A stretch of 63,195 nt of DNA, the filler included, from Trichomonas gallinae (lineage: Eukaryota), in NCBI GenBank assembly GCA_008369845.1. It is 7 parts of 7 records of this genome, joined end to end, with 100 filler letters (N's around TTAATTAATTAA, not from the genome) between each part and the next. Parts side by side here need not be neighbours in the genome. Positions count along the whole stretch, not along the records: positions 55,196 to 57,430 come from MRSU01001014.1; positions 57,531 to 59,914 come from MRSU01001015.1; positions 60,015 to 61,474 come from MRSU01001022.1; positions 61,575 to 63,195 come from MRSU01001033.1; 3 more parts are not named here. One strand, given 5' to 3'. This document shows positions 56,812 to 63,195 of the stretch, in pieces; the first letter of the stretch is position 1; each line of letters opens with the position of its first letter. Made by a program: the position numbers and the translations under genes. Below the pieces are notes generated by a model. That model did no database searches. It was not told the origin of the DNA and saw only the letters and a program-made list of their open reading frames with translations.

Positions 56812-57354
56812 ACAAATATTTTCTCACCAAAATACAAATCAATGATGATAAAAAATAATTAGAGTCCTTAATTTTAAGCAGAAAACTAAAATCATGTATG
56901 AATTTCAGTTAGCTATTTAGCGATAAACATAGATATTATTAAGATTCTTTATCCAAAATGGATTTGTTTTATTTCTGTTGGAACTCAAAATGATTTTCTT
57001 CAAATTGAAAAATAATTATGACATTGAATAAAAAAAAATTGGCATACTTCGTTTCATCTTGCAGCAAAGTTGATAATTGTTCAAATAAAAATAGCCGAAT
57101 ATCTTAAATTAATTAATACAAATATTGTGCCATACTTCTTCTTTCTGTTTCCAAACTAGATATCAATGTGAAAAAACGAATATAATGCATTAATTAAAGC
57201 TTCGAAATTATTTCATCTTAATAAACTCATATTTCTTGTTTTCCATAGCTTAAATATGCTTAATAAAGAGACAACATTGTATTCAATGAAATTTTATAAT
57301 GAAATTAAAAGTAACAATTTCAAATGGAATTATGACACTTTTCATTCCCAAAAA

Positions 57355-57430
57355 ATGTAGATTTAGACAGATTCGTGATGAATATTATTAATATATTCGT
57401 CACGAGATTGGTCTAGTTTCTACAAAGATA
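57355..57430 (+). CDS. 5' end of a paralog of the 55777 gene (no uninterrupted in-frame AUG), truncated by gap
   Basis: ATG TAG ATT TAG ACA GAT TCG TGA TGA ATA TTA TTA ATA TAT TCG TCA CGA GAT TGG TCT AGT TTC TAC AAA GAT gives ILLIYSSRDWSSFYKD versus ICFIYSSRDWSHFYND. Confidence 0.65.
57373..57405 (+). promoter_or_regulatory. Conserved 5' RNA hairpin, copy 2
   Basis: TCGTGATGAATAT-TATTAAT-ATATTCGTCACGA forms a 13-bp stem with one U-G pair. Confidence 0.7.
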
Positions 57431-57530
57431 NNNNNNNNNNNNNNNNNNNNNNNNNNNNNNNNNNNNNNNNNNNNTTAATTAATTAANNNNNNNNNNNNNN
57501 NNNNNNNNNNNNNNNNNNNNNNNNNNNNNN
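57431..57530. other. Artificial scaffold linker
   Basis: 44N-TTAATTAATTAA-44N. Confidence 0.98.
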
Positions 57531-57531
57531 G

Positions 57532-57876
57532 ATTTATTCAAACATTCTTGATAATCAAATCAAGTATAATTTGGTTTATGCACAGAGTCCAATTCATTTA
57601 GAAAACTGCACCATCAAAAACAACAACTGTAAGACAACCATTAAACAAGCTAATTCCAATATTGGTTATAAAGCAACAGTAACTAACTGCTACATTGATA
57701 ATTTAACAACTTCTGGCATTGTTTCTCCTGTTCAAACAGAAAATCAAGAAATTCCTTTTACAAAATGCAATAAATACTGCAAATTCACTGAAGAAATCGA
57801 AGCTACATATGATGAGAAGCCTTCCTTATTGTTTGGTTGTTTCATATCACTTTGCATTACTACTCTTTTTTCGTAA
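57532..57876 (+). CDS. 3' part of a beta-helix-like family protein (probably the paralog starting at ~57355)
   Basis: Open from the gap: IYSNILDNQ...IHLENCTIKNN...VTNCYID, parallel to RFCNILN...LSNCSFKGN...VEYCYIAD of the 55777 gene. Hydrophobic C-terminal tail. Confidence 0.7.
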   Translation: MYSNILDNQIKYNLVYAQSPIHLENCTIKNNNCKTTIKQANSNIGYKATVTNCYIDNLTTSGIVSPVQTENQEIPFTKCNKYCKFTEEIEATYDEKPSLLFGCFISLCITTLFS

Positions 57877-58304
57877 ACATTTTGTTTATTAGTATCTTGG
57901 TTAATCCCGTAAAATTGAATTTTGGCCGGCCAATAAGTGATGAAATGTTTCCATATAAGTTTTAATTGTGAAAATAAACAACAAAACAAATTATATTTAA
58001 AACATGATATTAAATCAAAATATTCAACTGAAATGATATGATATCGTCAATAAAATCATTTTCTAATTGATGCATATTGTTCACAATTCACAATATTGAT
58101 TTTTATAAAAAAAATTGATCTTTTATAATGAGTAATCAATAATCTATTCATATTTCATTGCTATACGTTGTTGGCGTTCTACATACACAAAATCAGGCCC
58201 GGATATGTAGGGAGAATCCGATGAATCGGAAAAAATTTATAAAAAAATGACAACAAAAATTTTATCTACGAAATTCTCATCTATACTCAAAAAGCAGTAT
58301 TTTA

Positions 58305-58520
58305 GTGTTTGTTGCTATATTGACACTTTTTAATAAAAGTGACAAATAATTTTAATCGACAAAATTATCTTCTATATGTATAATAAAATATTTTAAAGTT
58401 TGTTGATTTTATGACACTTTTTATTAAAAGTGACAATAAAATTAAAAATTGTTTTTTAGATATAATAAAGTGTTTTGGTGTTTGGTGTTTTATGACACTT
58501 TTATAAAACGTGACAAATAA
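58305..58520 (+). repeat. Three promoter modules containing dyad TGACACTTTT-n-AAAAGTGACA (M2 motif)
   Basis: Copies start at about 58321, 58412 and 58493, each preceded by GTTTG(T/G)TG. Confidence 0.8.
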
Positions 58521-58541
58521 ATTTTATTCAAATAAAATTTG

Positions 58542-59168
58542 ATGTTTTTCTTGTTTTTATTCGCTTTGGCGACATCAAATCTTCAAGACGGCGGCAACAG
58601 CACGAATCCAGACGACAAGCACATGAATGCCACAACTAAACTGATTCTGATCATCTCAGGCGCTGTTATTGCACTTGTTATCATTATTATCATCATTCTT
58701 TGCTGCTGCAAGAAGAATAAGAACAAGATCTCTGAGAAGGTCAACCAGCAGCCTCTTATTTCACCAATAATCGCAAAAGATAACCAATCAATCCCGCAAG
58801 CAATAATTCCTGACCACAAGTTCGATGGCGAACTCGACTCATTCAAGGTTGATACCCCAAAGAAAGATATTAAAGTTGAAGCTCCAAAGGAAGAAGTCGA
58901 AGAACTAGAGCCAGCTGATGCACCAGTTCAGGAACGTTCTCTTCCAGAAATCGTCCCAGAACATGATGATTCAACAGAAGTCCATGAAGCAGAAGTAGAG
59001 AACATTGCAGAAGACGAAGAAGGTATTGATGCTAAAGGCGAAGGCAAAGCAGGTAGACCAAAGAAGGATTACCATGTCGAGGCAGTCCACATGCACCTCG
59101 ATCCATTAAAGGAGAGAGAGAAACGCAAGGATTTCAACATCAATATCGAAGGAACTCTTCTTCTTTAA
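58542..59168 (+). CDS. Type I membrane protein (signal peptide, tiny ectodomain, TM followed by CCC, acidic cytoplasmic tail)
   Basis: MFFLFLFALA and LILIISGAVIALVIIIIIILCCCKKNKNK. ATG at 58542. Confidence 0.85.
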   Translation: MFFLFLFALATSNLQDGGNSTNPDDKHMNATTKLILIISGAVIALVIIIIIILCCCKKNKNKISEKVNQQPLISPIIAKDNQSIPQAIIPDHKFDGELDSFKVDTPKKDIKVEAPKEEVEELEPADAPVQERSLPEIVPEHDDSTEVHEAEVENIAEDEEGIDAKGEGKAGRPKKDYHVEAVHMHLDPLKEREKRKDFNINIEGTLLL

Positions 59169-59559
59169 ACTAACACATACTATTCAACTAAAAAGCTTAT
59201 TTAAGTATAAAATATCTATTACCATTCACAGACAGTCGATATTCGAATTTTATATAAATTTTGCCATCAAATTTTATTGGCTTTAGAGTTAAAGTCCCCG
59301 CAGTGAAGGGTTCTTTATATCTCATTTTGACGTGTTTGTTGATAGAAATATGGATGATATTGCTTAACTTTTCAAAATTTCAAAAATATTAGTCAAAAAA
59401 TATCAATAATTGATAAAATATAACAAAATACATCTTATATGATTTATATTTTTAATGCAAAATGTAGCATTTCACTATTAAAAATCAAAAATTCAAATAA
59501 ATACTTCAAAAATTTTCATTTAATTAGGATGAACATAACCTCCGTCATATTCAGTGACA

Positions 59560-59859
59560 TCAATCGAAGATCATATCTTCAATCTTGATATAAATTGATT
59601 CAGAATCATCAATAAAAGAATGATTAGCATATTTCACATCTCTATATGTATTAACAAAGATAGCAATCCCAGTTGATTGCAAAAGAGCTCTTGATCACTT
59701 TATTATTACACAATTTTCGATAGTCAAAATAAAATCATCAATGTAAAACATTGCAATGACGTTTGTGTTGTTTATTCTAATGAATCTCTTGAGTTTGGCA
59801 TCCGAATAGAGTAATTCTTGAATAGAATATAGTTTATACTGTTGCTCATTTTTTCGATG
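59560..59859 (-). pseudogene. Possible decayed gene remnant
   Basis: About 100 codons in one frame with a single internal TGA (QELLYSDAKLKRFIRINNTNVIAMFYIDDFILTIENCVIIK*SRALLQSTG...). Confidence 0.3.
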
Positions 59860-59914
59860 TCAGACAGCTTTTTCGATACGTATTCAATTTTTTTGGTCGT
59901 TTTTATTTGATATT

Positions 59915-60014
59915 NNNNNNNNNNNNNNNNNNNNNNNNNNNNNNNNNNNNNNNNNNNNTTAATTAATTAANNNNNNNNNNNNNNNNNNNNNNNNNNNNNN
60001 NNNNNNNNNNNNNN
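59915..60014. other. Artificial scaffold linker
   Basis: 44N-TTAATTAATTAA-44N. Confidence 0.98.
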
Positions 60015-60997
60015 TATATTCAAAAATTAGACTAGTATTTGATTAGCTCTTTTGCTGTTCTGAGACTAGAATAATGTATATGCTAACTCTCAGTAAAAAC
60101 GAAGGGTATCAAAATAAAATTCTAATATCTAATTGCGCAATTAATCATGGGCCAAGATTGATAGCTAGTCGATGCACACAGAAGTAATTCATAACAACAT
60201 CATGCACACAACAACGCAAGAAGAACTAGAAATACTATCTAGAAATATATCTCAACGTCCTCAAGCGGCCTATATCTCATGATTTATAAAATTGTGTCAA
60301 TCAATAATAATAAAATGGCACACATGACTTTCTTAGAAAATAACAAACTATTTATCATCCAAGATGTACGCGCTCCTGACATCTACAAGTTCATCGTGAT
60401 GGGCAAGCGTCTGTCAAGACTTCGAAATTACTCTCTATGCGATCACAATGATCCGGTGAGAAAGTCATCAGCATGATCATCAATTAGAGCCTGATTAATG
60501 CAAATATCCGAATTTTCGTTTTAAATTTTAATTCCTGCTTTAATTTTGTTTTATTGATTTTATGAATCGTCATAGGAGATTCACACACATAAGGAAACAT
60601 CACAGCAGCTTGAATTTAATATATCAATAGCAGCTTAAGGGTCTAATATCGAATCAAATATTATATAACTTGAAGATTGATTGTTCAGAAATAGATATCA
60701 AATAATTATAATTCAAGCATTCGTATATGGAAAGTTATATAGAATATTTTGATCAAAATCAGCAATTTTAAAATATGAAATATATTTTGACCAAAATTCA
60801 TGATTAAATAGCTTATATTGTTGTAATTTTCAATTGTATTTTATAAGTAGAAGTCATGTGCATGGTATAAAATCTTTTCCTAAGATATGAATATATTCAC
60901 TAATATAGAATGGATTTTAATCAATTTGCTGTAAAAAATGGAATTTTATGGAAAGCGTTTATTTAAATCCAATCAAAAAAATCATATCATATAAAAA

Positions 60998-61474
60998 TTA
61001 ATTATGTTTGCGACCAGCGAAGTGGAAGAGTAAGTTCATCATCTGAGCACCGCAGAATCTACCAAGGGAGCCCTTGCAAGCTGCTGCTTCTGTAAATTCT
61101 TTGACATTATCTGTTGGAACAAGTTCTGGCTTTCCAGATTGATCTACGTGCTTGATGCCGAGCTCCTTAGCAACTTTAGAGACTTCAGCAACGATGAATG
61201 GAACTGGCTCGAATGTGTGATCCTTCCATGTGCAAGATGTAGAGTGATCTGCTGTGACTGCGACAATAAATCTATCATCATTCTTTTCTTCAAGCTCAGA
61301 TAACTTCTCGATGAGGAGATGAATAGCTTTATCTGCACGCTCGATGAGATCTGATTTGATTGCAACTTTTCCGTCGTGTGCAGCATCATCAATACCCTTC
61401 ATGTGGACGATACCCATATCGTATTTGTCGCCATCAAGCTCCTTTGCGGCAGCAATGGCCTTGACGTCGTAATT
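60998..61474 (-). CDS. Cofactor-independent phosphoglycerate mutase, archaeal/ApgM type, C-terminal part (truncated by gap)
   Basis: Open from the gap: NYDVKA...VHMKGIDDAAHDG...VTADHST...DHTFEPVP...FTEAAACKGSLGRF. Confidence 0.85.
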   Translation of the reverse strand, partial: NYDVKAIAAAKELDGDKYDMGIVHMKGIDDAAHDGKVAIKSDLIERADKAIHLLIEKLSELEEKNDDRFIVAVTADHSTSCTWKDHTFEPVPFIVAEVSKVAKELGIKHVDQSGKPELVPTDNVKEFTEAAACKGSLGRFCGAQMMNLLFHFAGRKHN

Positions 61475-61574
61475 NNNNNNNNNNNNNNNNNNNNNNNNNN
61501 NNNNNNNNNNNNNNNNNNTTAATTAATTAANNNNNNNNNNNNNNNNNNNNNNNNNNNNNNNNNNNNNNNNNNNN
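61475..61574. other. Artificial scaffold linker
   Basis: 44N-TTAATTAATTAA-44N. Confidence 0.98.
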
Positions 61575-61605
<31 letters not shown>

Positions 61606-61861
61606 AAGATTCGATTCAGGACAGCTCTCTGCTACAAGAACAAAGAATACGATGCCCTGTACTCACTACAAGTATCCTAATGACCCAGGAATCGCTCAAG
61701 CATATCAGTGCGCAGTGGATGGCAAGAAGAAGGCAAACGCACTAGACTATTATAATTTAATCATATCAAACAAATATCTATTCAACATATATGTTTGTGA
61801 AGAATGTTGACTGAGAAAAAAAAAATTATGACCTTTTAGAATTTACCATCAATTTTCATTA

Positions 61862-62237
61862 ATGGAGTTTGATCGAGTTGGCAATGCCAAGTTCATTCCA
61901 AACATGATCAAGAACGACATATTCATCGAACTTCGATGATCGAAGTTCTAGATTACGATTGTACTGAATGTCGACGAATCACTTTACATTCTCGACAAAG
62001 TTCAGTCTAAATACAATTTTCCAGACAGATTCGAGGCTGTCCATCATATTTTCACTGGCGAAGGCTCCAAATTCGAAGTTTGTTGAAGGTCATCATGAAG
62101 TTGTCAAACTCCTTCTCGCAGTTCCTTGAATAGATGTCAACGCAAAAAGCAAAAACAACAGAACAGCTTTGATTAATGCTTCAAAAGAAGGTCATCATGA
62201 AATCATAGCAATGTTGAAAGCTCATGGCACAAATTAA
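61862..62237 (+). pseudogene. Ankyrin-repeat protein pseudogene
   Basis: Inr TCATT-AATG start. The frame has several stops and a shift, ending EGHHEVVKLLLAVP*IDVNAKSKNNRTALINASKEGHHEIIAMLKAHG. Confidence 0.8.
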
Positions 62238-62336
62238 AAGATAGATGATATTTGTAATATCAATATAGAAATCTTTATAATTAATTAATTAACTTATTCT
62301 TTACACAGACAAATTCATAAAATATTATTATATTAA

Positions 62337-63195
62337 TTATGGAGTAAATGGTTTTCTTTCGAAGTAGCTCTTAATATGGTTGAATCTTTCAATTGGAATC
62401 GAAGAAACAGACTCAATGGTTGGAATATCACCTAATCCTTCTAAATTACCTGACACGCTGAGACCAGCACAGCCATACAATGTATGGAATGGATCAGTGA
62501 TGTGCGGTGGCCTATCCCTCAATCCACCAGTCGACTTTTGGCATGCGCGCAAGATATATTCGCGCATTGCGACATCATCCCAGAAAGGCTCGATGTTTAA
62601 GTAGTTAGAGATTGTCCTAGCTGGAGAACCAATCCACCACGAGTAGCAGCTGTCAACGATCTTGTTAGTTCTGCCGCAGAAACCTCCGGCATATGGAACT
62701 TGGCGATCAGCAATATATCTAATCACTTTATTAATGTTAATAGCATCCATTCTGTTCAAAATGTGAAGAATTCCAATGCCACAGTACGTAAATCCACCGT
62801 GTGCCTCGCAATCAGGGACAGGAGAGAAGCCGCCTTCATAATTTTGGCAACTTACCGTAAATTCAACAAGACTGGCAGCTAACTCAGGTGTAATGATATT
62901 AATGATCCAGGCAATGAAAAGAGCAGCGAATGTACATCTTAAATCAGTTTCGCCGCCCGGGAATTGCGAAAATGAGCCATCAGGGTTTTTACAGCTCATT
63001 AGGAAGTCGTAAAATGCTTTCTGGTCAACCATCGAATAAGCTTCCTCGGAATCAAGAAGACCAAGCAAGATCATATTTCCATATAATGGGACCATCGTCG
63101 GATATGCATTAATATAACCTGACCACCCGCAGTATCTGGTTGTGAGATGGTTTCTAAGTAATTCTATCGAATTTTGTCTGAATTTTTCGTAATCG
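62337..63195 (-). CDS. Protein farnesyltransferase beta subunit (5' end outside window)
   Basis: EAHGGFTYCG, GGFCGRTNKIVDSCYSWW and GGLRDRP...DPFHT. The frame stays open from 63095 to the window end. Confidence 0.85.
   Translation of the reverse strand, partial: DYEKFRQNSIELLRNHLTTRYCGWSGYINAYPTMVPLYGNMILLGLLDSEEAYSMVDQKAFYDFLMSCKNPDGSFSQFPGGETDLRCTFAALFIAWIINIITPELAASLVEFTVSCQNYEGGFSPVPDCEAHGGFTYCGIGILHILNRMDAININKVIRYIADRQVPYAGGFCGRTNKIVDSCYSWWIGSPARTISNYLNIEPFWDDVAMREYILRACQKSTGGLRDRPPHITDPFHTLYGCAGLSVSGNLEGLGDIPTIESVSSIPIERFNHIKSYFERKPFTP

Noticed and set aside
60150..60476. Short 65-aa ORF and GC-richer tract
   Set aside because: No recognisable motif or Inr-ATG context, so it cannot be supported as a gene.
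27810..61574. Recurrent TTAATTAATTAA element as a biological repeat
   Set aside because: It is always centred in 44N...44N, which marks an assembly linker with six-frame stops. Adjacency across these gaps is not guaranteed.
61575..61603. Poly-A run as a retroelement tail
   Set aside because: It sits at a contig edge with no upstream sequence, TSD or RT evidence visible.
1..63195. tRNA, rRNA, snoRNA genes and Maverick/mariner coding sequences
   Set aside because: No cloverleaf, rRNA-like segment, convincing C/D box pair or transposase/integrase/polB motif was recognised by eye.

Overview
AT-rich eukaryotic genomic DNA from a trichomonad (Trichomonas-like parabasalid). This is inferred from intron-less genes, Inr (TCAYT/A), M2 (AAAGTGAC) and M3/M5 core-promoter motifs, TAAA signals overlapping stop codons, an IBP39-type initiator-binding-domain gene, a transmembrane adenylyl cyclase, a BspA remnant and an R2R3 Myb. 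Seven contig pieces are joined by six artificial 100-bp linkers (44N-TTAATTAATTAA-44N). About 30 genes or fragments are present. They include RPS2 and RPS3 (partial), a PPP phosphatase, a fucosyltransferase-like enzyme, Nup93, a FLCN/SMCR8-like DENN protein, a Rab, a GAF-PDE, a Utp5/Utp12-domain protein, SF3B6, an exportin-like protein, BRWD/PHIP, two C2-like paralogs, a possible TOPOVIBL, a HOOK-like protein, a metacaspase, partial acetyltransferase, iPGM and FTase-beta genes, and several pseudogenes. The most striking observation is two paralogous beta-helix-like genes (55.8 kb and 57.4 kb). Neither has an uninterrupted in-frame AUG, and both carry the same 13-bp hairpin, preserved by G-U substitutions, over a UGAUG stop/start. 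This suggests a conserved recoding or non-canonical initiation element. Also notable are recurrent triplicated promoter modules and two apparently catalytically degenerate cyclic-nucleotide enzymes. All family assignments come from motif recognition by eye, not database searches.
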